Sequence record: NC_047770.1
Origin: Escherichia phage ESCO13
Strand: one strand, 5' to 3'
DNA: 64,000 nt
A model generated the notes under the pieces. It had not been told where the DNA came from and ran no database searches. It saw nothing but the letters and a program-made list of their open reading frames with translations. The position numbers were made by a program, and so were the translations under genes. This document shows, piece after piece, positions 18,216 to 27,733 of the stretch; the stretch's first letter is position 1; each line of letters starts with the position of its first letter.

Positions 18216-20279
18216 ATGAAACAAGCTATATTTACTGTCACGCGAGACAAGAGAGTAAATGCGAGTTCATTTAACTACACGACTGTTGACGGAACAGCAG
18301 TCGCTGGTAGAGATTATATAGCAAAATCGGGAACACTTGTGTTCCCTGATGATGCTGATTCTGCTACCATTGTGGTTGAAGTATTTGAACGACCAAAGAA
18401 CTCAATAGATCTTAACTTCTCCCTCCAAGTTTCAGGGATTAGTCAAAATAACATGATGGTTGAAACGACCATCAATTGTATTATAACTACTATCCAAGAA
18501 AACACTACTCCAATAACTTGGACTACAAAAGACGTTAAAATGTTCTCTCCTATGTATTGGACAATAGACTCTCAAGCAACGGAAAGTTGTTCTATTGTAT
18601 CTCATGGAGACTCTTTTACTGCAAGATTTGTAAACAGAACAGCAGCAGGTTTGGCAGGGGTTATCTGGAGCACAGTTGACAAATATGATCACAAAGGTGT
18701 TGGGTATTTACCCCACACAGATTTAAGTTCAGAGAAACTTTGGTTTAAAATGGAAATTAGTCAAAACATGCCAGGTTTTAAAGAAGAACCTTTGGTGCCG
18801 ACTTTGACTGTAACTCTCCTGGATAAAAGTGTTCATTATGTCAGTTTAGGATTCTACGCTTCAGATATTTCAGAAGATGGTAAAACAGCCACAATCAAGT
18901 TAGATTTTGGTAATATCTTTTCTGGCCCTAATAATGATATTCCTTTGGATATGAGTGCTGTAGATAATATTTTCTTCTCTTTGATTACAGCAAGGTATGA
19001 AGAAATAGAAGAGATTGTACCTATTGCCAGTCAAGAGGCTTGGTTTACTTTCACTCTTCTTGAACCTACTTCTGGTTACAGTATGATGAAAGTCAGCAAC
19101 CTTGTCCAGCCTGAACATGATATTCGCATGTGCACATCTTATGATGATATGTATAACCTGACTCCAGAGAGAGTTATTTATAATACGTATGCACTAGGTT
19201 ATCGTGGAATGATTAACCATTACAACGGAATGTCTCACTATTATGAGTTCTCATGGAACGGAACATCTTGGGCTTTAAATAGATCTGTTTTCCTGAATCC
19301 GGCTACAGAAGCTTGGCTTAACAGTTTCCATTCTATAGCTAATGAAAATGGCTACACAATAATGAACTCTTTGAGTTTTGAGTTGATGAGCACAGTTTGT
19401 CCTGTAGAATGGGTTCAACATGATTGGAACGATGCTCTTGCAGCAACAGGTTATGAGCCGCCTAGTTATGTGTTATCTCCAACAATTGATGAAGGTATGG
19501 AATATTTGCAAAATGTTATTAACAAAATAGCATCTATTTCTCAAGCTAACAATATTCCAGTCGTCATTCAAATTGGTGAACCTTGGTGGTGGTATAATAC
19601 AGCAAGTAAAATGCCTTGTATATATGATTACACTACCAAACTAGCATTCAATACAGAAACAGGCTTATTTGCACAAGATGCAGGAACAATAGATAATTAT
19701 AAAACAGGAACACCGTTTGACGAATACTATGCATTTTTGTCTCGTAAACTAGGATTAAGAGTTACAAAGTTTGCAACAGACACTAGAGCAACTTATCCAG
19801 GAGCTAAAGTAACATTGCTTCCGTTCTTACCGTCAATTATTGGCAACGGTTTGATGGAGAAAGTTAACTTTCCGTCTGATTACTACATTCCTGAAGCTTT
19901 TGATTTTTACTGTTCAGAGTGTTACGACTGGCTTCTGGAAGGTAAAATGATGAAAGCATTTGATGCAATTACCATACCACATGAAAAATTAGGTTTTGAA
20001 TATTCTGATATTCACTATCTTTCAGGTTTTGTTCCAGATGCTACTCTTGCACCTTTGTATGGCTTCGATCCTGAATCAAACTACCGCACGTATCTTTGGA
20101 AAATGATTATAGGTAATATAGTGTTGAACGCCAATAAGTTCAATGGACTTACACAATATATATGGGCCTATCCTCAAATAATGCACGATTCCATCACGGT
20201 AGTTAATTCTCAATCCCAAGTTTTCTATATGGGTAACGTGCCTTTGAACGTTTATTTACAGGATACAGTATATGCCTAA
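18216..20279 (+). CDS. Tail fibre/adhesin-like protein with N-terminal Calx-beta domain
   Basis: 687 aa; RVNASSFNYTTVDGTAVAGRDYIAKSGTLVFPDDADSATIVVEVF matches the Calx-beta motif (T.DGTA.AG.DY...G.L.F). Confidence 0.45.
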   Translation: MKQAIFTVTRDKRVNASSFNYTTVDGTAVAGRDYIAKSGTLVFPDDADSATIVVEVFERPKNSIDLNFSLQVSGISQNNMMVETTINCIITTIQENTTPITWTTKDVKMFSPMYWTIDSQATESCSIVSHGDSFTARFVNRTAAGLAGVIWSTVDKYDHKGVGYLPHTDLSSEKLWFKMEISQNMPGFKEEPLVPTLTVTLLDKSVHYVSLGFYASDISEDGKTATIKLDFGNIFSGPNNDIPLDMSAVDNIFFSLITARYEEIEEIVPIASQEAWFTFTLLEPTSGYSMMKVSNLVQPEHDIRMCTSYDDMYNLTPERVIYNTYALGYRGMINHYNGMSHYYEFSWNGTSWALNRSVFLNPATEAWLNSFHSIANENGYTIMNSLSFELMSTVCPVEWVQHDWNDALAATGYEPPSYVLSPTIDEGMEYLQNVINKIASISQANNIPVVIQIGEPWWWYNTASKMPCIYDYTTKLAFNTETGLFAQDAGTIDNYKTGTPFDEYYAFLSRKLGLRVTKFATDTRATYPGAKVTLLPFLPSIIGNGLMEKVNFPSDYYIPEAFDFYCSECYDWLLEGKMMKAFDAITIPHEKLGFEYSDIHYLSGFVPDATLAPLYGFDPESNYRTYLWKMIIGNIVLNANKFNGLTQYIWAYPQIMHDSITVVNSQSQVFYMGNVPLNVYLQDTVYA

Positions 20280-20532
20280 AGAAAGTGGTTTTAAAAAATT
20301 TATTCGCGGAATGTTCTGCACTTACCCTGGCAACGGGGTAAGCTCTACAAAAGTCTGGAACGCTGTAGGCATGTCTGTTATGACAGGCATGTTTATCTTT
20401 TTAGGAATAGAAAAAGAAATTCCTGAATGGATGGGTTGGGCTTTTGTTTTCATGATAACTCCTTCTCGCCTCATGAAAAATCTTATTGATTTACGCTGGG
20501 GCAGATCACAATCTACCAAAGAGGATGACTAA
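20272..20532 (+). CDS. Small membrane protein (two predicted TM helices, charged C-terminus)
   Basis: 86 aa; hydrophobic segments VWNAVGMSVMTGMFIFLGI and WMGWAFVFMI; C-terminal RWGRSQSTKEDD; holin-like architecture but inside the tail module. Confidence 0.35.
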   Translation: MPKESGFKKFIRGMFCTYPGNGVSSTKVWNAVGMSVMTGMFIFLGIEKEIPEWMGWAFVFMITPSRLMKNLIDLRWGRSQSTKEDD

Positions 20533-22019
20533 TGGATGAATATGGTTTGACAGATGCGGGATTTGTAATCCCGACTTTTGACGATGTTCTAAACAACTAT
20601 ATGACAGCAGTAAAAAACACATTTGGTGCAGATGCAGCCACTTCGGAAGATACTGTGATCGGACAACTGTTTAGAATAATTGCATACACAGATTACACAT
20701 TGTGGGAAGGTATGCAAGGTGTTTATAATACTCAAACACTAGATGGTGCAGAAGGTATTTATCTTGATGAAATCTTTTCTAAACGCGGTTTCTATCGAGC
20801 AGGGGCAGCAGCAAGTACAGGTTATGCCTATGTTAAGAGTAATAACAAAGCAGCTTGGACTTATGAGTTAGGCACGGATATTTACTTCAACTCTGATAGT
20901 GATATGAACTACTATGTTAGCACACCAACTATGTTGAATGCTAAGATTGCAGCTTATCAAATCTCTCGTGCTAATGCAACTGCTACAGGTGTTCCAAATA
21001 TTACTTTTTATGCACAAAGTGCGGTGGATGGAGGACTAAACAGTAAAACACTTGCACCTGGTTCTTCTACATTTATAACCGATCTTGAAACTTTTATCAA
21101 GGCGAATTTAACAGAAGCTGATCGTAGTCTTGTATTTTCTGATTCAGGTAACTTATCAATTGGTTTTACTTCTTTAACCAGTGATACTCCAGTGGGGCTG
21201 GTAACTCCTATTAAATTTTATGCTAGTGTTCCGGTTGGAACCAAGTGGAGTGAGATTCCGGTAGTTGCAGCAGAGAAAGGATACAATCCTGTTGGTGTGG
21301 AGTCTATTACAGGGATATCTTCTACCTTTACAGGTTATCTTGATAGTGGTAACTTCTATTCATTTTCCCCTGGTCGAGATGTTGAGACAGACGCAGAATT
21401 CCGCTCTCGTTTCAATGACAACGTTGACGAAGCTAACGCAGGGACACGAGCAGCTATTGTGAAAGCTCTGCTACTTACAGATGGTGTTACTAAGGTGAAG
21501 ATTTATGATAACCCTACATTACATGATCAAGAACATGCTCCAGCTATGACTTTCCAGACTATAGTTTATGGTGGCAGTGCAGAAGAAATTGCAAATGTTA
21601 TCTATAAAACCAAACCAATCAACACTTTGACACACGGAACAACAAACATAACAGTTACAACAGAAGATGGAGGACAAGAAATTATTCGCTTCTCTCCTGG
21701 TGCTTCTGTTATGTATTCCGTAAAACTTGTTTATCAAACTGTCAACGGAACAACTTTAAGTGGAACAGAAAAACAAAACATCGTAGAAGCTTTACAAAAC
21801 CTGCAAGCTTACTTTGAGTTAGGTTCTTCAGTAACGAACGATCAAATCAAAGGTGTTATTTATGCAGCACTTGCTTTTGGACGCTTGACTTCTCTTCGTG
21901 TTTATGTTAAACTTAATACTGAGGATGACAGTAAATATACAGAGAATAATATAGTTCCTGCTTATAATGTTGTCCCTTCTTTTGACCTTGATAACATTTC
22001 TTACGAGTATGGAGTGTAA
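20532..22019 (+). CDS. Baseplate J-like protein
   Basis: 495 aa; N-terminal region (LDGAEGIYLDEIFSKRGFYRAGAAASTGYAYV) matches the Baseplate_J pattern; position in the baseplate block. Confidence 0.55.
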   Translation: MDEYGLTDAGFVIPTFDDVLNNYMTAVKNTFGADAATSEDTVIGQLFRIIAYTDYTLWEGMQGVYNTQTLDGAEGIYLDEIFSKRGFYRAGAAASTGYAYVKSNNKAAWTYELGTDIYFNSDSDMNYYVSTPTMLNAKIAAYQISRANATATGVPNITFYAQSAVDGGLNSKTLAPGSSTFITDLETFIKANLTEADRSLVFSDSGNLSIGFTSLTSDTPVGLVTPIKFYASVPVGTKWSEIPVVAAEKGYNPVGVESITGISSTFTGYLDSGNFYSFSPGRDVETDAEFRSRFNDNVDEANAGTRAAIVKALLLTDGVTKVKIYDNPTLHDQEHAPAMTFQTIVYGGSAEEIANVIYKTKPINTLTHGTTNITVTTEDGGQEIIRFSPGASVMYSVKLVYQTVNGTTLSGTEKQNIVEALQNLQAYFELGSSVTNDQIKGVIYAALAFGRLTSLRVYVKLNTEDDSKYTENNIVPAYNVVPSFDLDNISYEYGV

Positions 22020-22021
22020 AA

Positions 22022-22651
22022 ATGGCAGTGAGTGTTGACCATGTAACAACTTGGGCCAGTATCAATGAAGATGTTAAAAACCTTCTGATTGAAGATTTTA
22101 AATCTTCTCCTAACATTGTCAAGCTCCTCTACATCGTATCCAGTGAAAAGCAAAAGATAGATCAGGCAATGATCTATCTTGCTAAACACCGCTTGATCTC
22201 TACAGCCACAGGCAAATACCTAGATATTCTAGGGGAAGAAATGGGGATCGAACGTAATGGCTCTGATGATGAAGAGTATAGAACAATATTAAAAATCAGG
22301 GCTTACCGCGTAGCCTCATCGGGGACTCGTGGTGACATAATTGATATCTTCGCCCGTTTCACAGGAACAGAGCGTGAAACGCTTAATACTTACGTAGGTT
22401 TGAATAAAACCTTTGATGTGTTTTTCTACAACCTGTGTCTTCAATCTGATCAAGCTTTAGAGCAGTTGCTAAGTGTTTTCCCTATTATTAGTAGCTACCG
22501 TCTTGGAGCAAAAGCAGGATCAGCTTTTGGTTTTAGTTCTTATTATGCTACCAAACCGCCTCATGGTATTGGTGGTTTAGGTTCCCTGTACATGGAATCT
22601 ACTGGGGATGAAACAGGACGCATGTGTACGCTTCTCAAGCAAATAGATTAA
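22022..22651 (+). CDS. Baseplate protein, gpI/XkdU-like position
   Basis: 209 aa immediately downstream of the J-like gene. Confidence 0.35.
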   Translation: MAVSVDHVTTWASINEDVKNLLIEDFKSSPNIVKLLYIVSSEKQKIDQAMIYLAKHRLISTATGKYLDILGEEMGIERNGSDDEEYRTILKIRAYRVASSGTRGDIIDIFARFTGTERETLNTYVGLNKTFDVFFYNLCLQSDQALEQLLSVFPIISSYRLGAKAGSAFGFSSYYATKPPHGIGGLGSLYMESTGDETGRMCTLLKQID

Positions 22652-22660
22652 GGAGTTTAA

Positions 22661-23722
22661 ATGGCGAAGCCAATATATTATCCTGACTGGGCTACACAAA
22701 CTGTAACGCTCCCAGGAACTTTAAACACAAACAAAATTAGACCTAAAGAAACCATCCGCACAGTTGGTATGGATTATGGTCAAATCATGACTTGCGAAGA
22801 AATGAACTGGATTCTTAATAATATCGGTTTATGGATTCGCTATTTGGTGGATGACTTTCTTCCAACTTTACCTAATACCTACTTGCCTTTAGTGGGAACT
22901 AAGATTACAATGGCAGGTGATGCTACTGGTGAGGCTACTTGGAACGGTAACAAAGAAGTTACTTTATCTATCCAGGTTCAAGATAACAGTCATAATCACT
23001 TGTCGGCAAACATTACGGATGCCACTAGTTCAACAGTAACACCAAACGTGTTGGTAAAACGTGATGCGGGTGGTGCTATTTATGGTGGTGATGTTTATGT
23101 TAACGGTACTTCCACAACAGATCCTGCAACACTGTTCTTCAAAAACTTTGCAGGACAAACAAATGGTGAGATTTCTGCCGAGTATCAAAGCGGAGGTCAG
23201 CTTTACATCTATCGTAGAAATCCTAGCACAGGCAGTGTATCGGCAGGTGTTCGTTTATATGATGCAGGTTATGTTCTAATAGATAATCCAAGATCAAACA
23301 GTGGACAAGACACTTCTAACGGAAATGCTTTAGTTCGTTTAGATTATCTGAACTCTCGTTTGACTTCCCTTCAGAACACATTGCAGACGAATATTAACAC
23401 TGTTCAAAACAACTTGAATAATGTTAACAACAACCTCTCTTCTCGTATAAACAATGTAGAAAGTAATCATCAAAGTCAGATTACAAATAACTACAACTAT
23501 GCTAACGGAACCTTTGTAAGAGATATTCGTTATACTAGCCAAGGTGTGTATTATCCACCAGGGAACGAGGTTTCTTGGACTTATATCTGTTCTTCTGGTT
23601 ATGTTCTTTCTGGTATTATCGTACAGGAAACAGGACGTAGCTCTGCGGATAACATCGGTGGGGTTTACTTCAAACGCCTCCAGCGCAACGTTAACGGAAA
23701 CTGGTACGATATTGGAGGCTAA
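22661..23722 (+). CDS. Tail fibre protein
   Basis: 353 aa; Asn/Gln-rich heptad segment (LNSRLTSLQNTLQTNINTVQNNLNNVNNNLSSRINNVE) typical of fibre shafts. Confidence 0.45.
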   Translation: MAKPIYYPDWATQTVTLPGTLNTNKIRPKETIRTVGMDYGQIMTCEEMNWILNNIGLWIRYLVDDFLPTLPNTYLPLVGTKITMAGDATGEATWNGNKEVTLSIQVQDNSHNHLSANITDATSSTVTPNVLVKRDAGGAIYGGDVYVNGTSTTDPATLFFKNFAGQTNGEISAEYQSGGQLYIYRRNPSTGSVSAGVRLYDAGYVLIDNPRSNSGQDTSNGNALVRLDYLNSRLTSLQNTLQTNINTVQNNLNNVNNNLSSRINNVESNHQSQITNNYNYANGTFVRDIRYTSQGVYYPPGNEVSWTYICSSGYVLSGIIVQETGRSSADNIGGVYFKRLQRNVNGNWYDIGG

Positions 23723-24268
23723 ATGATATTTACAAACTTTAAAAAATATATTCCTGAAGACCCTGAACTAAAAGAATTGGTAGAAGCAGAGAACATTCTT
23801 TTTCTTCGTTGCGATCAAGGTTACGACTGGTATGATTTACGTAGCACAGAATTCAATAACGATAAAATGAAAGTCGTTTTTGATGATCAAAATCGTATTG
23901 TGTTTTGGAATACTGATCCTACACTACTTTGCCCTGAAGATCTTTCTATAGCACAAGTAGACTTTAATATAGATACTTTTGAGGATATTAGGAACAAGGT
24001 TCTGGATTTAGAAACCTTAACTCTTAAAGATAAAGAGTATTCCCGTGAAGAGTTGATGACACAAGCTAGTGCAAAAATTCGCTCTTTACAAGAAACAGCG
24101 GTAGCACTTATAACACCTTTACAGTATGCTAAAGATTTAGAAATGGCTACTGAAGACGAATTAGCTTATCTTAAAAATCTTCAAGTTTATGTAGTTAAAC
24201 TAAATCGTGTTCCGCTTCAAAAAGACTATCCTTACGCTATAGATTGGCCTACATTACCGACAGAATAA
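23723..24268 (+). CDS. Hypothetical protein (tail fibre assembly candidate)
   Basis: 181 aa following the fibre gene. Confidence 0.3.
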   Translation: MIFTNFKKYIPEDPELKELVEAENILFLRCDQGYDWYDLRSTEFNNDKMKVVFDDQNRIVFWNTDPTLLCPEDLSIAQVDFNIDTFEDIRNKVLDLETLTLKDKEYSREELMTQASAKIRSLQETAVALITPLQYAKDLEMATEDELAYLKNLQVYVVKLNRVPLQKDYPYAIDWPTLPTE

Positions 24269-24277
24269 GGGATCACT

Positions 24278-24613
24278 ATGGAATTTCAAGAAGCATGGGG
24301 ACTTGCAAAGGATGCAATAATCCCTTTAATCGGAGTCATCTGGTTCTTTTTCAAACAAAAAATGGATAAATTCGGCTCTGATCTTGAGGAAATGGAGGAG
24401 AAAAGTCGAGAGCTAGAGAAGAAGTTGGTCTTTGTTGAATCAACTTATGCAACTAAAGCCGAACTTACCCAGATGCTAAATCAAATTAACTCTACATTAA
24501 TGGCAAATAATAACACCCTTGAGCAAAAAATTGAAAAGATTATGGACCTCAAGAATGCGACTATCCAAATGATGCTAGATGACATAGTTAAACGTACACA
24601 GAATAAGGGGTAA
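24278..24613 (+). CDS. Membrane-anchored coiled-coil protein (i-spanin- or holin-like architecture)
   Basis: 111 aa; N-terminal TM segment AIIPLIGVIWFFF followed by a charged helical region. Confidence 0.3.
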   Translation: MEFQEAWGLAKDAIIPLIGVIWFFFKQKMDKFGSDLEEMEEKSRELEKKLVFVESTYATKAELTQMLNQINSTLMANNNTLEQKIEKIMDLKNATIQMMLDDIVKRTQNKG

Positions 24614-24616
24614 TTA

Positions 24617-27600
24617 ATGGCAACATTCCCAACATATCCAGCAACGTCTCTCGAACAGGGCGTAGACCTGGTTATTTTCTCATCTAACCAACTCCATGAT
24701 GTTATTAATGGAAGTGCTACAGAGAGTATTGAAACAGAATCAGGGTTGATACCAACCCTGAGAAAAGCCCTTGTTGACAACTTTTTCTTTAAAAGCCCAT
24801 TGGATTGGGCGCAAGGCACAAACGAAACAGTTTTTAACCAACTACGTTATTTTCAGAATGGGGTATTGAGCGGTTATTATTATGCTCCTAATGCTACACT
24901 GGTAAACCCAATTCCTATGCAAGGGACTCCAGTAGGAGATAACAACTGGGTATTGTGGGGACTGAAGACAGAACAACTAGCAACAGAAGTCACCCCGTGG
25001 GTATACTCTGGTGCAACGGGTTATGAAACAGTAATTAGTCCTCCTTACATCTTTGATAGTGCTATTGTTACGATCAATGGTGTTATTCAGGTTCTGGGGG
25101 AAGCTTTCCGTATAGAAGATAGTAAGATCATCTTATCTGAACCTTTGGGACACGATCCTGCAACAGGACTACCAAACAAGCTTTTTGCTTATATTGGTAA
25201 AATCGTAGCTTCAGCAGATACAGATCCTAATCTAGAGAACCGTCTTGTTAGTTTAGAAACAAAAACGGAAGAACTAACAGAAAGCATGGATAAAGTCCCT
25301 CTGCAAACTATTGCTCGTAAATATGGTTTGTTAGATGACGAGGTGGCTTACGCAACAGCAGGTCAATCGTTAACAGGGATTAAAGCTCTGTATGATCCAG
25401 TAGCACAGTCTTCCTACACATTACCTCCTAACATCACAGGAACTTTAACATCCTTGTCTGTTTCTGGAGTAATGACTTATTCTGGGGGGTCTGTAGATCT
25501 TTCTGCACTAGCTGTTGAACGTGGACAGTTTGTTCATTTGCCTACAAGCTTTGGTAATAACGTAACTCTGACAGCTAAAAATCAGACGATTGGACGTGGT
25601 GCTGGTCGTTATCGTTGGGCTGGAAGTTTACCAAAAAGTATTTTGGCCTCCGATACATTGGAGACAAGCGGTGGATTAGGTCCAAATGCATGGGTTCTGA
25701 CCAATACAGAAGGACTGTTAACCCCTCGTGGTGGAACATACAACGATTTATTCGATGTTGTCTACTTGTCAGAATTTGCTAACAACACAACAACATATAC
25801 CACACCAGAAGCAGCTTTCCAAGCGGCACTGTTAGCAGCAAAAGCTTCGAAAAGCAAGATTCTCGATGCTTACGGTTGCGATATGACTTTCACGACAAGC
25901 TCTTTTGATATTCAAGGTATCACTTTGCGTGGGGGTGTGTTCCGTGGTCAACGCGACTATCGTGTGCAAAATGCTACAGTAGAAGGCACAACTTTCCGTA
26001 ACTCTCGTGTTATGTATTGGGGTGGTGCTGTGCGCATGTTCGATTGTTTGTGGGACGGTGCTCCTCGCGCAGGTCAAGTTGGTAGCTTGGTATTCCAAGG
26101 CAACCCAATATCAGGTACTTTTGAAATTGATAACTGTACTTTTAAAAACGGGTTGTATGGCATCCTTCAACAAGGAACAGGGGAACCAGTAACACATGGT
26201 GTCTTCCGTAACCTTACCTTCATGGACATGCAAGGTGATGCAATAGAACTGAACGTCATCAATAAACATTATGACGATGGTTGTGTGATTGAGAATATTT
26301 ACCTGTCTAATATCGATGGGACTAACGCTCCTATTCCTCTGTCCAACTGGGGTATCGGTATCGGTGTAGCTGGTAAAGGACCATATGGTTACGGAATACC
26401 TGATGATCAATATTGCAAGAATATTACAATTCGTAACGTTTTTGCAAAACGTTGTCGTCAGATTGTCCACGTAGAAGTTGGTCGTAATATCTCTATCGAA
26501 AACATTCATGGCGATCCAGACCAAACTGTATCTGTTGGGACAGGTTTGGCAACTGGCGCAGTTGTAATGTATGGAAGTAAAGACTTTACGATTGATGGTG
26601 TTTATGGAGAGCCTAAAACAGACGGTAGCACACTTGCAAGTAATATCCGTATGATTTATTTGGAGTGGGGAACTAACGCAGTTCTGGACGAAGAGGGTAA
26701 TCCGGTAGTTCCGGCACAGGGTAGACCTTCAAATCCATGCTTTAACTATTCTGTTCGTAACATTCACACCAAAACTGGGCGTGTTTTTGCGGGAGTTTCC
26801 GCTGGGCCAGGTTATGAAAACAGAGTTAGCTTTGAAAATATTCGTTGCGCCGCATTGCAGTTGTTCGGTATAGCTTCTTGGCTTTCAATGTCTAACATCA
26901 CCTGTAATATCTTCGATTGTGTTGGTCAACCTGAATCTGGTCCAGGGACATTTTATGATGGATTCTTCCGTAGAGAAAAATCTGTTCTTGAAATGGTTAA
27001 CGTAAACTGTTACCCAGATGGCAAGACGATGGTTACTGGTCGTCCACAGTGGAGCCGTTGCCGTTACTCGGATATTCATCGTGTCAACTGTAATGTTGAA
27101 GCTAATATGTATACCAATATCGCAGGTGGTATTGGAGCTATTGTAGGGACAACGGGCAAAGTTTATTACTTAGAGCCTAATCCTAGTCGAAACATTGATG
27201 GAATGCATTTCCCAACGGGGAAAGAGTTTGACAAAGGGGATATGATAGTCAAGGCGGATAATACGTTCTTCCTTGTAACAACAAGTGGGGCATATATTCC
27301 AGATATCCCAGCTTTCGGTATTCGAGCTACACAGGCAGGAGATACCTTCCTGACACAGAACTTGACTCCTAACGGGACAGCAACAAATGCTTCTTGGTTG
27401 TATCATTACCCTCTGTCAGCAGGGACACGTATCCGTATTCCTGGTGCTGGTGTAGGTGGAGCAGATTTGGACACAGTTATTACTCGTGCACCTTATCAAG
27501 ATAATGATACGTGGACTAACCCAGTTAAAATAGACATTGCAGATCCAATTGTAACGCCTACAAGTGCTGGAGTTAGAATTAAAACCATACCTAATGATTC

Positions 27601-27670
27601 CAGTAATGTTTCTGTAGGTAATACTGCGGTTATTCGCCCAACGCCAGTAGTAGATGTGCCAACAACCTAA
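24617..27670 (+). CDS. Tailspike with beta-helix (pectin-lyase-like) depolymerase domain
   Basis: 1017 aa; recurring short beta-rung motifs (FRNLTFMDMQGDAIEL, ENIYLSNIDG, NITIRNVF, NISIENIHG, YSVRNIHT, VSFENIRC, SNITCNIF) typical of parallel beta-helices. Confidence 0.5.
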   Translation: MATFPTYPATSLEQGVDLVIFSSNQLHDVINGSATESIETESGLIPTLRKALVDNFFFKSPLDWAQGTNETVFNQLRYFQNGVLSGYYYAPNATLVNPIPMQGTPVGDNNWVLWGLKTEQLATEVTPWVYSGATGYETVISPPYIFDSAIVTINGVIQVLGEAFRIEDSKIILSEPLGHDPATGLPNKLFAYIGKIVASADTDPNLENRLVSLETKTEELTESMDKVPLQTIARKYGLLDDEVAYATAGQSLTGIKALYDPVAQSSYTLPPNITGTLTSLSVSGVMTYSGGSVDLSALAVERGQFVHLPTSFGNNVTLTAKNQTIGRGAGRYRWAGSLPKSILASDTLETSGGLGPNAWVLTNTEGLLTPRGGTYNDLFDVVYLSEFANNTTTYTTPEAAFQAALLAAKASKSKILDAYGCDMTFTTSSFDIQGITLRGGVFRGQRDYRVQNATVEGTTFRNSRVMYWGGAVRMFDCLWDGAPRAGQVGSLVFQGNPISGTFEIDNCTFKNGLYGILQQGTGEPVTHGVFRNLTFMDMQGDAIELNVINKHYDDGCVIENIYLSNIDGTNAPIPLSNWGIGIGVAGKGPYGYGIPDDQYCKNITIRNVFAKRCRQIVHVEVGRNISIENIHGDPDQTVSVGTGLATGAVVMYGSKDFTIDGVYGEPKTDGSTLASNIRMIYLEWGTNAVLDEEGNPVVPAQGRPSNPCFNYSVRNIHTKTGRVFAGVSAGPGYENRVSFENIRCAALQLFGIASWLSMSNITCNIFDCVGQPESGPGTFYDGFFRREKSVLEMVNVNCYPDGKTMVTGRPQWSRCRYSDIHRVNCNVEANMYTNIAGGIGAIVGTTGKVYYLEPNPSRNIDGMHFPTGKEFDKGDMIVKADNTFFLVTTSGAYIPDIPAFGIRATQAGDTFLTQNLTPNGTATNASWLYHYPLSAGTRIRIPGAGVGGADLDTVITRAPYQDNDTWTNPVKIDIADPIVTPTSAGVRIKTIPNDSSNVSVGNTAVIRPTPVVDVPTT

Positions 27671-27676
27671 TGGAAT

Positions 27677-27697
27677 AGAGGGGGGGATTCCCCCTCT
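27677..27697 (+). terminator. GC hairpin after the tailspike gene (weak U tract)
   Basis: AGAGGGGG-GGATT-CCCCCTCT followed by TCTTCC. Confidence 0.3.
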
Positions 27698-27733
27698 TCT
27701 TCCAATAGAATGGTCTAATGATAGGAGAGATAA

